Shown: positions 10,050 to 20,549 of the stretch, in pieces
How positions within the stretch are numbered: position 1 is the first letter of the stretch
How the letters are laid out: each line of letters starts with the position of its first letter
Translations under genes and position numbers: made by a program
Notes under the pieces: model-generated
The model's database searches: none
Seen by the model: the letters and a program-made list of their open reading frames with translations, nothing else
Told to the model about the DNA's origin: nothing
NCBI GenBank assembly: GCA_963845755.1
Contig: CAWJTV010000024.1
Span: 64,001 to 128,000 of the forward strand
Direction of reading: 5' to 3'
Origin: an uncultured Planctomycetota bacterium
Lineage (GTDB): Bacteria > Planctomycetota > Planctomycetia > Isosphaerales > Isosphaeraceae
Length of the DNA stretch: 64,000 nucleotides

Positions 10050-12406
10050 ATGGACACCCTCGACAGGCCCGACTCGAACCTCCCGGCTCGATATTCCGCG
10101 AATTCATTCCGGGTGCCGGCGCCGATTGCGATGCCCCCACGCGATCTGGCAACCACATCGATGCCCCAGCTCACCCCCCGACTCATCCTGCGTGGACTGA
10201 ACCGTCACTGGTGGCGGATTCTCTTGCTCTGGCTGGTGGTGTCCACTCCCCTGGCTTATCTGATCTACGTGGTCGTCGAGCCGACCTATGAGGCATTCAG
10301 CTTGCTCCAGATCGAACCGACAACGGAACGGCTCTTCCAGCTCTCCGCGCAAAGCTTCGCGGAAGGACGGGCTTACGAGCCTTACTTGCAGACGCAAGTG
10401 CAACTGATCACCAGCGATGTAGTGCTCGACCAGGCCCTCTCCCGGGACGCCCGGATCGCCAAGCTCCCGATGATCGAGGAGTCGGATGACCCGAAGGCCG
10501 ACCTTCGCAAGCAGATGGACGTCGGGATCGTGAACAAGAACACCTACCTGATCCGGGTCGCCCTGGCCTCCGGGAATCCCGAAGAGGCGGCCTTGATCGT
10601 CAACGCGGTGGTCAACGCCTACATGGATCAGCATACCGAGTATCACCGGTCCGCCAACAAGGCGCAACACAAAAGCTTGACCGAGGAGCTCGAAAAGCTG
10701 GCCAAGGAGATCCTCGGGAAGAAGAACGAGCTGAGGGCCCTGGTCGATAAGGGTCACGCCCAATTCGCGCCCGACAACCTGAAGATGAATCCGACGAAGG
10801 GCGATGATTCCGGGGCCCGGACGCTACTCCCAACCGTCACGGAAGAGCAGTTCACCCAGACGTCCAACACGCTGCTCCAGATCGAGATGAAGCTGCTGGA
10901 AGAAAAGGCGCATCTCAAGGCGGCCGAGGCCGAACTCGAGAGGGTCAACCTGGAGATGACCGAGAGCCGGACCCAGGAATCTGCCGGGGAGCTCTCGGCT
11001 CGAGTCGAGGAAGAGTTCCTGAGGGATCCCGAAGTGGACGCCCTGGCCGGTCGGATCAGGGACGCACAGAAGGAACTGGACAAGGTCAAGTCGCTGTTAC
11101 GGCGGCCCGGCGACCCGCGCGGGTCGTGGCCGAGAACGCGGTGCGGGAACTGAGAGAAGAGTGGGCCACGGCCTGGGAGCAGAAAAGCGAGAAGATCGAG
11201 AGGATGCTGCTGGCCGACGACGACCGGCGCATGCAGCCGGAATTATGGAAGAACAAGATCGTCGATATCAAGGTCGAGATCGAGAAGTTGAAGGAGCAGA
11301 AGGTCACTCTGGGCGAACGGCTCGAGAACTTGAAGGTCGATACCAAGGCCCAGAACAACGGCACCCTCGCCGCGGGGATGGTGAACCAGGAGCTGTCGAG
11401 CTTGCTGAAGATGCAGGAGATCATCAACCAGAAGCTCGAGCAACTGAATTTCGAGACCAAGCAGGACGTATATCGCATCTCTCAGCACGACCGTGCGGGA
11501 GTGCCGAAGGTCGCCTCGAACAACAAGCGGCTCAAATACATGGCCGCCGCGCCCGTGGGCATCCTGTTCCTGCTGCTCGGGGTGTTCCTGCTCGTGGAAG
11601 TCAAGGCGGAGCGGGTCGCCGATCCGGATGCCTTGTCCATGCGGACGCAGTCGGAGGTCTATGCGCTGCCGCCGCTGCCGACGGCCCGGTCGATCCGCAA
11701 ACGGAGCTCCCTGCAGGCGGACGACCAGATCGAGCAATTCATCCAGCGGCTCGACCACCTGCGGTTCGCGGTCTGCGGCAACCCGGCGGACCTGGAGAAG
11801 GGGCGCTGCGTGCTGATCACCAGCGCCATCGGCCGCGAGGGCAAGACGACGCTGGCCGCCCAGTTGGCGGCGCGGTGCGGCAACGCGGGGATGTCGACCC
11901 TGCTGATCGATGCCGACTTGCGCCGGACCGGACTCTGCTCGCTCCTCGACGTCGTCGAGGGCCCCGGCCTCAGCGACGCGCTGATGCAGGACGATCCCCC
12001 CGCCACGGATCTGGTCATCCCCGTCCAGGGGGGGACGTTCCACCTGCTCCCCGCCGGCACGCCGACCGCAGATGCCAGCCGCCTGCTCCAGAATCGGAAG
12101 CTCGGCATGCTCGTGACCCAGTTTCGCCAGATTTACGACCTGGTCATCATCGATTCCCCCCCGGTCCTCCCGGTCCCTGATGCCTTGATCCTCGGACGAT
12201 GGGCCGACGGCGCGGTGCTCGCCGTACGGTACGACATCAGCCGGTTCCCCCAGGTCGAGCGAGCCCGCCGTCAGCTCGACGGCGCGGGCATTTGCGTGCT
12301 CGGGACTGTGATCAACGGCATGCGGAACTCCGACTCGTACTATGGTGGTTATAGCTACAGCAGACGTCCGACGACTCCCCAACCGGATTCCACCGCCGCG
12401 ATCTAG
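10050..12406 (+). CDS. Wzc-like polysaccharide co-polymerase / BY tyrosine kinase (frameshift near 11120)
   Basis: The N-terminal TM and coiled coil (ORF 10050-11153) continue in ORF 11126-12406 with a second TM, Walker A SAIGREGKTT, IDADLR, IIDSPP and a C-terminal Tyr cluster YYGGYSY. Confidence 0.9.
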
Positions 12407-12580
12407 AATACCGTTAGAATGCCGATCCCTTGTCGTCGCGACCGGGCCGAGCCCGGGGCGAGGGTCGAGCCCTCGGGCGACTGCGGCACCGCCCGGAGTG
12501 TTGAACGTCCTCGATCGCGGCCGGCGCGGATCTCCGCAGCAGGCCGTTGCCTTGATTGTTGGTTGAACTGATTGGCCACA

Positions 12581-12654
12581 CTCTCCCCTTGGGGGGGGAA
12601 CTAGAGGGGGAGTCACCCCCACCCCAACCCTCCCCATCCCGTAAGGAGGGGAGT
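12581..12654. repeat. C/G-tract REP-like intergenic element
   Basis: CTCTCCCCTTGGGGGGGG...CCCCCACCCCAACCCTCCCC...GGAGGGGAG: short CTCCCC/GGGGAG-type hairpins between wzc and the exosortase. Confidence 0.5.
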
Positions 12655-12868
12655 CACTATTATCCCCCTGGTGGATGCACAGACAGGTGCAACCCATAGG
12701 GACGGAGTCCGCGCCGTGGCCGAGCCGAATCAGGCGACTCATCCACGAGACAGTGGCCGGGCACCGGCCGTTTCCGACGGAGACGCGCCGGCCCAGGAAG
12801 GTCGAAGCCGACCACAATCAATGATGAAGACCCCTGGCGCTGAATTGTCGAGGATGGGAGCCGACGAG

Positions 12869-13957
12869 ATGATCACGACCAATCCCAGCGGGGCGCTGGT
12901 AACTTCGAACTCGGATGGACCGTCCACCACCTGGGATGACCCGCAATCGCGGGCCTGGTGGTGGGCGTTGGGAATCGTGACGCTGGCGCTGGCCTGCTCC
13001 TATGCGCCCAACTTGCATTACCTGTACCGAACCTGGTCCGACGACCCGAACTATTCGCACGGATACCTGGTCGTCCCGATTGCCCTGTTCATTCTGTGGC
13101 GGCGGCTCAACGAGACGCCTTGGGAACGGCCTCGAGCCGTCATCCGGGCGCCATGGTGGGGCTGGGTTTCCCTGGCGATCCTCATCGCGATCCGATGCCT
13201 GGTCTATGAGCGCGGCTACCGATGGGTGGAAACGGCCACCCTCCTGCCTGTGATCGCCTGCCTGACCTGGACCTTCGGCGGCGGGTCGCTCCTGCTCCGG
13301 ACCTGGCCCGCCATCGGCTTCCTGGCCTTCATGCTCCCCCTGCCGCAGTCCGTCAACGAACTCGTCGCGCTGCCGCTGCAGCGGATCGCCGCAACGGGGA
13401 GTCATTTCCTGCTCCAGCTCTCGGGGTTCTGGGTGATCCAGCAAGGGAACGTCCTGCACCTGAAAACGAAGTTCGACATGCGGCCACTCGATGTGGCGCT
13501 GGCCTGCAACGGCCTGAGAATGCTGATGACCCTGGCCACCACGGTCACGGCGACGGTCTTGCTGATCCCCCTGCCCACCTGGAAGCGAATCGTCCTGCTG
13601 GCCAGCGCCATCCCGATCGCCCTGGTCAGCAACACCGTCCGGATCGTAGCGACCGGGTGGTGCTACTACTATCTCGAGGGGGATCGGGCCACGGAGTGGG
13701 CACACGACATCTCGGGCTGGTTGATGATGCCCCTGGCGCTGATCCTGGTCGGGCTGGAGTTGCAACTCCTGGCGTGGCTGATCCCCGAGAAGGACGAGGA
13801 TGAAGAGGTGATCCACCCCGCCTTCGTCTCCATGAAGAAGCCGAGCGTTGAGAAACCGGCCCCCGGCCCCGGCGCGGGGAGCAAGCGCGGCTGGTTTTGG
13901 ATTGGCAAGGACTCGAGCAAGAAGCCGAGTAATCAGGATCTGAGCGATCTGCCCTGA
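12869..13957 (+). CDS. exosortase (EpsH/Xrt family)
   Basis: Multi-TM protein with NYSHG, FMLPLP and the catalytic triad Cys (LACNGLR), Arg (NTVRI) and His (AHDISG). Start uncertain (12821-12869). Confidence 0.92.
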   Translation: MITTNPSGALVTSNSDGPSTTWDDPQSRAWWWALGIVTLALACSYAPNLHYLYRTWSDDPNYSHGYLVVPIALFILWRRLNETPWERPRAVIRAPWWGWVSLAILIAIRCLVYERGYRWVETATLLPVIACLTWTFGGGSLLLRTWPAIGFLAFMLPLPQSVNELVALPLQRIAATGSHFLLQLSGFWVIQQGNVLHLKTKFDMRPLDVALACNGLRMLMTLATTVTATVLLIPLPTWKRIVLLASAIPIALVSNTVRIVATGWCYYYLEGDRATEWAHDISGWLMMPLALILVGLELQLLAWLIPEKDEDEEVIHPAFVSMKKPSVEKPAPGPGAGSKRGWFWIGKDSSKKPSNQDLSDLP

Positions 13958-14080
13958 GCCTCGGCTTTCCGGCAACCGGCCCACCTGCCGTGCCACCGAT
14001 CCTCGCCCCGTTTGCGGGGTGCGCAACTTGCCATCGGGCCGCGCGGTGGGGCGGCCGGTCCCCGAGAGTTGGAATCCTCG

Positions 14081-15052
14081 ATGATCATTTCCCAGACGCC
14101 GTTTCGCGTGAGCTTCGCCGGCGGCGGCACCGACTTGCCTGCCTTCTACCGGCGGGAGTACGGGGCCGTCCTGAGCACGACGATCGATCAGCACATCTAC
14201 GTGACGATCCACCGGCGGTTCGAACCGACCATTCGTGTCAGCTACTCTCGTACGGAGACCGCATCCACTCTCGATGAGGTCCAGCACGAACTGGTCCGCG
14301 AGGCCATGCGGCTGACGGAGATCGACGAGTCCCTGGAAATCACGACCATCGGCGATGTCCCCGCGGGGACCGGGATGGGTTCCAGCAGCAGCTTGACCGT
14401 CGGCCTGCTCGCGGCACTGCATGGTTACCGGCATGAGGTGGTCGGCCCTCGGGTCCTGGCCGAACAGGCGTGCCGGATCGAGATCGATATCCTGAACAAG
14501 CCGATCGGCCGCCAGGACCAGTACGCCGCGGCCTACGGCGGGCTGAACTATCTCCGATTCAACCCGGACGACTCCGTTGACGTCCAGCCGGTTCCCTGGC
14601 GGGCCGAAACGCGGACGGAGCTGGAACGGCGGACTTTGCTGGTCTATACCGGCGAGACGCGGGACGCCAACGTGATCCTGGAGCGGCAATCCGTGGCGAC
14701 CGCGGACCGCATGGACGTGCTCCGCTCGATGCGGGACCTGGCCGAGGGGATGCGGCACGCCCTGACCGAGGACGACCTCGACCGATTCGCGGAATTGCTC
14801 CACGAGGGATGGGTGCTGAAACGGTCGCTCGGCTGCGGGATCAGCAACAGCCGGATCGACGAATGGTACGAGGCGGCGCGGCGGTCCGGCGCCATCGGGG
14901 GCAAACTGCTGGGGGCCGGTGGCGGCGGATTCCTGCTCCTCATCGCCCCGCCCTGGCGACATCGAGCCATCCGGGAAGCCCTGGGACGGCCCCGCGAGTT
15001 GCCGTTCCGGATCGCCCGCCACGGCAGCCGGAACATCTTCATCCAGAACTAG
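14081..15052 (+). CDS. hddA: GHMP kinase, D-glycero-alpha-D-manno-heptose-7-phosphate kinase-like (copy 1)
   Basis: TPFRVSFAGGGTD, PAGTGMGSSS, GRQDQY and GGKLLGAGGGGF. Confidence 0.85.
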   Translation: MIISQTPFRVSFAGGGTDLPAFYRREYGAVLSTTIDQHIYVTIHRRFEPTIRVSYSRTETASTLDEVQHELVREAMRLTEIDESLEITTIGDVPAGTGMGSSSSLTVGLLAALHGYRHEVVGPRVLAEQACRIEIDILNKPIGRQDQYAAAYGGLNYLRFNPDDSVDVQPVPWRAETRTELERRTLLVYTGETRDANVILERQSVATADRMDVLRSMRDLAEGMRHALTEDDLDRFAELLHEGWVLKRSLGCGISNSRIDEWYEAARRSGAIGGKLLGAGGGGFLLLIAPPWRHRAIREALGRPRELPFRIARHGSRNIFIQN

Positions 15053-15095
15053 CCGGCCGACACCGGGCATCGGCGGACAACGAGCCAGATCCATA

Positions 15096-15824
15096 ATGCA
15101 TAATCGTCTAAAACAGATAATTAAATCCGGATTCGATAAGCTTGGTCTGAAAGTGACCAGGACCTTGAATCTGCCCGTCGGGGTCGATCTCTGTCTCGAT
15201 CTCCGGCGGAGCCTGCCGCATGGTCGTCTCAAGACGATTTTTGATGTGGGTGCAAACATCGGACAGACGGCACGAACGTTCTCGAGGTCCTTCCCCGGGG
15301 CGAGGATCTTCTCATTCGAGCCGTGTGAGGTGACCTACAGGCAACTCGCGGCCAGTACCAGGAGTCTACACAATGTCCGATGCATTCAATCGGCACTGGG
15401 AGTGACCGATGAAACCCGGCGACTCTACCACCAGAAGGACTCCCAATGGAACTCGCTGGCCGAGGGAGTGAATCAGGTGACAGAGGTCGGGTCGTACGAG
15501 GACGTAGCAGTCACATCAATCGACGACTTCTGCATACGCGAGGGGATCGGGGAGATCGACCTCGTGAAGACGGATACCGAGGGATTTGACCTCGAGGTCA
15601 TTCGCGGTGCCGCGGGGATCCTGAGGAGCGATCGGGTCCTGTTCGTTTACAGTGAAGTCACCTTCAATGAGTCCGATACCAAGCACACCAACTTCTTCCA
15701 GTTGTCGGAATTGCTCGGGGATTACCGCTTCCAGTTCGTCTCCTTGTACGATCAGTTCACTCGTCCCAACCTGATGGGGAGCACTTACGCCAATGCCCTG
15801 TTCGTCAATCCGACGGCGCTGTAA
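15096..15824 (+). CDS. FkbM-family methyltransferase
   Basis: IFDVGANIG, FSFEP and DLVKTDTEGFDLEV. Confidence 0.9.
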   Translation: MHNRLKQIIKSGFDKLGLKVTRTLNLPVGVDLCLDLRRSLPHGRLKTIFDVGANIGQTARTFSRSFPGARIFSFEPCEVTYRQLAASTRSLHNVRCIQSALGVTDETRRLYHQKDSQWNSLAEGVNQVTEVGSYEDVAVTSIDDFCIREGIGEIDLVKTDTEGFDLEVIRGAAGILRSDRVLFVYSEVTFNESDTKHTNFFQLSELLGDYRFQFVSLYDQFTRPNLMGSTYANALFVNPTAL

Positions 15825-16028
15825 GTGGGCGAGATGGACCCGCGACGCTCACCCCGAGGCCCGCTCGCTATCCGTTACCGAACCAAGGAAATGGGAGGGG
15901 AGGATCGGCCCTTTCACCTCTCGCGGAGGTGGACTCCGGACCGGGTTTGCGAACGTGGCTCATTCCAGAATGGCCGGATACGAGCGCAACACTCGGGATT
16001 TGCACACACGGGAAACTCGGAAGCATCG

Positions 16029-17108
16029 ATGAGTCACTCTCCTTTGAAGGTCTTCACGGATAGGGCCTACCTCCCCGAGGAGCTGAAACACTGCCTGATG
16101 CTGATTCCCTTCTGGGGAGATCACCACGCTCATGATGGCTTTGCCCGGCTGGAACGAGAGGGAAAGGAGTTCGTGCAGTTAGTCGCCCCGGAAGACGCCG
16201 AAGTCGCCCTGCTCCCGTTCGATGGCAGTCACTTGCTCAAATTTCGCGGCGGTCCCAACCCGCGGGCGGTTGAACTCGCGGCCCAGTTTGTCGAGCGAGC
16301 CAGGACGGCGGGCCTCCGGACGATCATCATGGTCAATAGCGACTCGACCGCGGCGATCCCGTTGCCCGACGTGATCGTCTTCCGAACATCCCTCAATCGC
16401 AGAACGCGTGCGCCCCATGAGTTCGCGTTGCCCGCCTGGCACGAAGACCTGGTGGTGAACCACCTGGGCGGCCAGATCACCCGCAAGGAGCGGCCCGAGG
16501 TACCGAGCGTGGGCTTCTGCGGACTCGCGGCGACGACCAACCCTCGTCTCAAACGCCGATTGAAGATGGTGATTCACCAGTTGGCCCGAGCCGCGGGTTT
16601 CTACATCGACCATAACGATGGGATCTACCTGCGACGGAACGCCATGGACGCCTTGTCCGGTCATCCCGCGGTCCGGACTCGGTTTATCACCCGATCGGAT
16701 TGCTTCCTCGGGGTGGCCGAGACTCCCGAGACGATCGCACGGATGCGACGCGAATATGTCGATAATTTGATCGACAGCGACTACGCGCTTTGCCTGAGGG
16801 GCTATGGCAACTTCTCCTTCCGGTTTTTCGAGGCCATGTCCGTCGGTTCCATCCCGGCCCTCGTCAACACCGAGTGCGTCCTCCCCTATGACTTCATGCA
16901 CGATTACCGGGAGTATTGCGTCATGGTGCCGGAAGACCGGCTCCGTGGAATGGGGCAAGCCATCAGGGAGTTCCATGCTCGTGTCTCGCCCGAGGGCTAC
17001 CTGGAACTCCGGCAGCGAATCCGCGAGTTTTGGGTCCAGTGGTTGTCTCCCGAGGGGTTCTTCCGAAACATCCCGCTGCACTGGAGGCATCGGTCTCCGA
17101 TCGTTTGA
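16029..17108 (+). CDS. exostosin-like (GT47-type) glycosyltransferase
   Basis: C-terminal SDYALCLRGYGNFSFRFFEAMSVGSIP...LPY, typical of exostosin-family domains. Confidence 0.75.
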   Translation: MSHSPLKVFTDRAYLPEELKHCLMLIPFWGDHHAHDGFARLEREGKEFVQLVAPEDAEVALLPFDGSHLLKFRGGPNPRAVELAAQFVERARTAGLRTIIMVNSDSTAAIPLPDVIVFRTSLNRRTRAPHEFALPAWHEDLVVNHLGGQITRKERPEVPSVGFCGLAATTNPRLKRRLKMVIHQLARAAGFYIDHNDGIYLRRNAMDALSGHPAVRTRFITRSDCFLGVAETPETIARMRREYVDNLIDSDYALCLRGYGNFSFRFFEAMSVGSIPALVNTECVLPYDFMHDYREYCVMVPEDRLRGMGQAIREFHARVSPEGYLELRQRIREFWVQWLSPEGFFRNIPLHWRHRSPIV

Positions 17109-17152
17109 GATGCGAGGGCAATGGATGTTTTTTCACCCAGAAGGGCCCGGTG

Positions 17153-18451
17153 ATGGCGGCTGGAGTTAAGGCTTTGCTCCTGGCGGGCGGCCTGGGGACC
17201 CGGCTCCGTCCCCTGACCGACACCATCCCCAAGTGCCTGGTCCCGATCGTCGGTCGTTCCCTGCTGGATTACTGGATCGAGCGTCTGACCGAGGCGGGAA
17301 TCGCCGAGGCGCGGATCAACACGCACGCCCACGCCGAACGGGTGCGGGAATTCATCGGCTCGGTCAACGCCGAGGAGCGGGTCCGCCTGGTGGAATCGCA
17401 TGAGGCCGAGCTACTGGGCTCGGCTGGCACGATCGCCGCCAATGCCGATCTGGCCGACGACGTCGGTGATGTCGTCATCATCTATGCCGACAATCTCAGC
17501 GACGTCGACCTGCGGCCCCTGCTCGCGTTCCATCGGCGGCATGGCGACCCGATGACGATGATGTTGTTCCGGGCACCCAACCCGCGAGCCTGCGGAATCG
17601 CCGAGCTGGACGCACAAGGCCGGGTCGTGTCGTTCGTCGAAAAGCCGGATCGGCCCGCGAGCGACCTGGCCAACGCGGGGTTGTACGTGGTGAACGCGGC
17701 GGCCTACCGGGAGATCGCCGCGATGCGGGCGTTCGACGTGGGGTTCGACGTGCTCCCCCGGTTCGTGGGACGGATGCGAGGCTGGCTCTGGGGGGGTTAC
17801 CACCGGGACATCGGGACACTCGAAGCCCTGGAAGCCGCCCATCGCGACGCGCGAACTGTCTTCCCCGATCGGCCCGCATCCGGGCGAAACGGGACTCGGC
17901 CGGCCGTTTTTCTCGACCGCGATGGGACCCTGATCGAGCACGTACACTACCTGTCCGACCCGGCGCGGGTGCGTCTCCTGCCCGGCGCGGCCGAAGCCCT
18001 GAGACGGCTCCGCCAGGCCGGCTTCGCCCGGGTCCTGGTGACCAACCAGTCGGCCATCGCCCGGGGGATGCTCACCGTGGAACGGCTCTCGGAAATCCAC
18101 GCCGAACTGGAGCGGCAGCTCGCGGAATCCGGCGCGTCGATGGACGCCATCTACTACTGCCCGGCCGCGCCCGCCGGCGATGACCGGACCGTGGTGGAAT
18201 GCCCGGACCGCAAGCCGGGGCCCGGCATGCTGCTCACCGCTTCGGCTGAGATGGGGCTCGATCTGGCGGCCTCGTGGATGGTCGGCGACCTGATCAGCGA
18301 CGTACTCGCCGGGCTCAACGCCGGATGTCAGAGCATCCTGGTCCGGTCGGGCCAGACCGCCCCATCCGAGGTCGCCACCGCGACCGCGGACGGACGGACG
18401 CTCGTTGCCGCCGATCTGGCAGCCTCGGTCGATCTGATCCTCGGGCAGTAG
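17153..18451 (+). CDS. fused sugar-1-phosphate nucleotidyltransferase + HAD-IIIA heptose bisphosphate phosphatase (HddC-GmhB-like)
   Basis: N-terminal LLAGGLGTRLRPLTDTIPK; C-terminal FLDRDGTL, VTNQS, RKPGPGM and MVGD. Confidence 0.9.
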   Translation: MAAGVKALLLAGGLGTRLRPLTDTIPKCLVPIVGRSLLDYWIERLTEAGIAEARINTHAHAERVREFIGSVNAEERVRLVESHEAELLGSAGTIAANADLADDVGDVVIIYADNLSDVDLRPLLAFHRRHGDPMTMMLFRAPNPRACGIAELDAQGRVVSFVEKPDRPASDLANAGLYVVNAAAYREIAAMRAFDVGFDVLPRFVGRMRGWLWGGYHRDIGTLEALEAAHRDARTVFPDRPASGRNGTRPAVFLDRDGTLIEHVHYLSDPARVRLLPGAAEALRRLRQAGFARVLVTNQSAIARGMLTVERLSEIHAELERQLAESGASMDAIYYCPAAPAGDDRTVVECPDRKPGPGMLLTASAEMGLDLAASWMVGDLISDVLAGLNAGCQSILVRSGQTAPSEVATATADGRTLVAADLAASVDLILGQ

Positions 18452-18486
18452 ACTGCCTACTGCCTACCACCTACTGCCTACTACTG
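18452..18486 (+). repeat. heptamer tandem repeat ACTGCCT x5 (degenerate)
   Basis: ACTGCCT ACTGCCT ACCACCT ACTGCCT ACTACTG fills the gap before galE. Confidence 0.85.
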
Positions 18487-18489
18487 AAA

Positions 18490-19503
18490 ATGAAAATCCT
18501 CCTGACCGGCGGCGCCGGCTATGTGGGCAGTGCCTGCCTCCGCTGGCTGCTCGCCCATGGGCACGATCCGATCGCCTACGACAGCATGTATGAAGGAAAT
18601 GTCGGGGCGGTCCCCGACGCGGCCGAACGGCTGATCCAGGGCGACATCGCCGAGACGGACCGCCTGGCGGACGTGCTGCGGCAGCACGGCATCGAAGCGG
18701 TGATGCACTTCGCGGCGCGGGCGTCCGTCCCCGAGTCGGTCGCCGATCCCGAGGCGTATTATCGCGTCAACGTGGCCGGGACCAAGAGCGTGCTGGACGC
18801 GATGCGGGCCGCTGGAGTCCGCAAGATCCTCTTCAGCAGCACGGCGGCGACCTACGGGTTCCGCGCCGAGATGCCGCTCCGCGAGGATTCGCCACAAACG
18901 CCCGAAACCCCTTACGGTACGACCAAACTGGCCGCGGAGTGGCTCATCAAGGATTATACCCGGGCCTACGGGATGGGTTACACCGCGTTGCGGTACTTCA
19001 ACGCCTCGGGGGCCGACCCCAGCGGCGATTTCGGCGAAGATCGCCGCCACGAAGCCCACCTCATTCCCCTGACCCTTCAGGTTGCCGTGGGCCGCCGGCC
19101 CAAGGTCATGATCTACGGGGACGATTATCCGACCCGGGACGGGACGTGCGTGCGCGACTATGTCCATACCTCAGACCTGGCCCAGGCGCACCAGCTCGCC
19201 GTGGAGTCCCTCGAACCGGGGATGGGCCGAGCTTACAACCTCGGCTCGGGGATCGGCGCGACCGTGCTCGAAGTCGTGCGGGCCTGCGAGGAAGTGGCGG
19301 GCCGGCCGATCGCGCACGAAGTCGTTGGCCGCCGGCCCGGCGACCCGGCCGTGCTGATCGCCAGCTCGGAGAAGATCGTGCGGGAGTTGGGCTGGTCGCC
19401 CCGCCATTCCGACATCCGCGAGATCGTCCGGACCGCCTGGGAGTGGCACCACCGCCATCCCGGCGGTTACACGGCCGGGGCGATCGGCGAGGGGGGCGCA
19501 TGA
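18490..19503 (+). CDS. galE: UDP-glucose 4-epimerase
   Basis: TGGAGYVGS, FSSTAATYG, YGTTK, LRYFNASGA and DGTCVRDYVH. Confidence 0.92.
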   Translation: MKILLTGGAGYVGSACLRWLLAHGHDPIAYDSMYEGNVGAVPDAAERLIQGDIAETDRLADVLRQHGIEAVMHFAARASVPESVADPEAYYRVNVAGTKSVLDAMRAAGVRKILFSSTAATYGFRAEMPLREDSPQTPETPYGTTKLAAEWLIKDYTRAYGMGYTALRYFNASGADPSGDFGEDRRHEAHLIPLTLQVAVGRRPKVMIYGDDYPTRDGTCVRDYVHTSDLAQAHQLAVESLEPGMGRAYNLGSGIGATVLEVVRACEEVAGRPIAHEVVGRRPGDPAVLIASSEKIVRELGWSPRHSDIREIVRTAWEWHHRHPGGYTAGAIGEGGA

Positions 19504-20549
19504 AAGCCGCCTTGATCGGCACCGGTCAGATCGCCCAGCAGCACCTGGCCTGCCTGCGCTCGCTCCCGGATGTCACCCTGGCCGGGGTCTGCGACCTGTC
19601 GCGCAGCCTGGCGGAATCGGCCGCCGAGCGATATGGGATCGCCGCCTGGTTCACCGACCACCGGGCGATGCTGGACGAAATCGGGCCGGATGTCGTCCAT
19701 ATCACGACGCCGCCCCAATCCCACTTCAGCCTGGCGATGGACGCGCTGGCGGCGAGGGCTCACGTGATCGTCGAGAAGCCGATCGCCACCGCCCACGATC
19801 AGGTCGCCGTCCTGCTCCGCTCGGCCGCCGAACGGGAGCGGGTCCTGATCGAAGACTATAACTACCTCTACAACCCACCCATCCGGCGGATCCGGGAGCT
19901 GGTGCGGTCGGGCGAGCTGGGCGAGGTTGTGGACGTCGAGATATCGATCTGCGTGAATATCTTGGCCGCGGAGAGCCCGTTCGTCGATCGCAGCGTCCCG
20001 CACCCTTGCGTCTCCCTGCCGGGGGGCGCGATCGCCGATTTCTTGTCGCACCTGGCGTCGCTGGCCCACCTCTTCGTGGGGCCTCATCGAGCCGTGCGCA
20101 CCCACTGGTCGAAGCGGTCCACCGGATCCCCCCTGCCCTCCGATGAATTCCGGGCCGTCGTCGCGGCGGAGCGCGGCACCGCCTTCTTGAGCTTCAGCGC
20201 CCACGCGCAGCCCGAGATGCTCTGGGTGCGGGTCAATGGCACCCGGATGCGCGCCACAGCGGACCTGTATGACGGGAGCCTGGTCGTCAATCGGCTGGAT
20301 GACGGCCCCAGGCCGATCGCGCGGCTGCGTGATCGCCTTCGCGAGGCGCGGGACGTCCGCCGGGCCGCACGCCGCAACCTGCTCGGGAAATTCGCCGCCG
20401 GACCGGGTCCTTATGCCGGGCTGTGGGACCTGCTGGCACGGACCTACCGGGCGGTGGAGTCGGGGACCGAGCCGCCCATCTCGACACACCAGATTGCGGA
20501 AGTCAATGACCTGGTCGCCGCCTTGACGGCCGAGGAGTTTCGATTTTGA
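19500..20549 (+). CDS. Gfo/Idh/MocA-family oxidoreductase
   Basis: MKAALIGTGQIA, DVVHITTPP and HVIVEKP; ATGA overlap with galE. Confidence 0.88.
   Translation: MKAALIGTGQIAQQHLACLRSLPDVTLAGVCDLSRSLAESAAERYGIAAWFTDHRAMLDEIGPDVVHITTPPQSHFSLAMDALAARAHVIVEKPIATAHDQVAVLLRSAAERERVLIEDYNYLYNPPIRRIRELVRSGELGEVVDVEISICVNILAAESPFVDRSVPHPCVSLPGGAIADFLSHLASLAHLFVGPHRAVRTHWSKRSTGSPLPSDEFRAVVAAERGTAFLSFSAHAQPEMLWVRVNGTRMRATADLYDGSLVVNRLDDGPRPIARLRDRLREARDVRRAARRNLLGKFAAGPGPYAGLWDLLARTYRAVESGTEPPISTHQIAEVNDLVAALTAEEFRF

Noticed and set aside
12818..15259. 813-aa minus-strand ORF (and similar long ORFs at 5863, 11243, 55680 and 59060)
   Set aside because: High-GC antisense shadows of well-supported genes, with no recognisable motifs.
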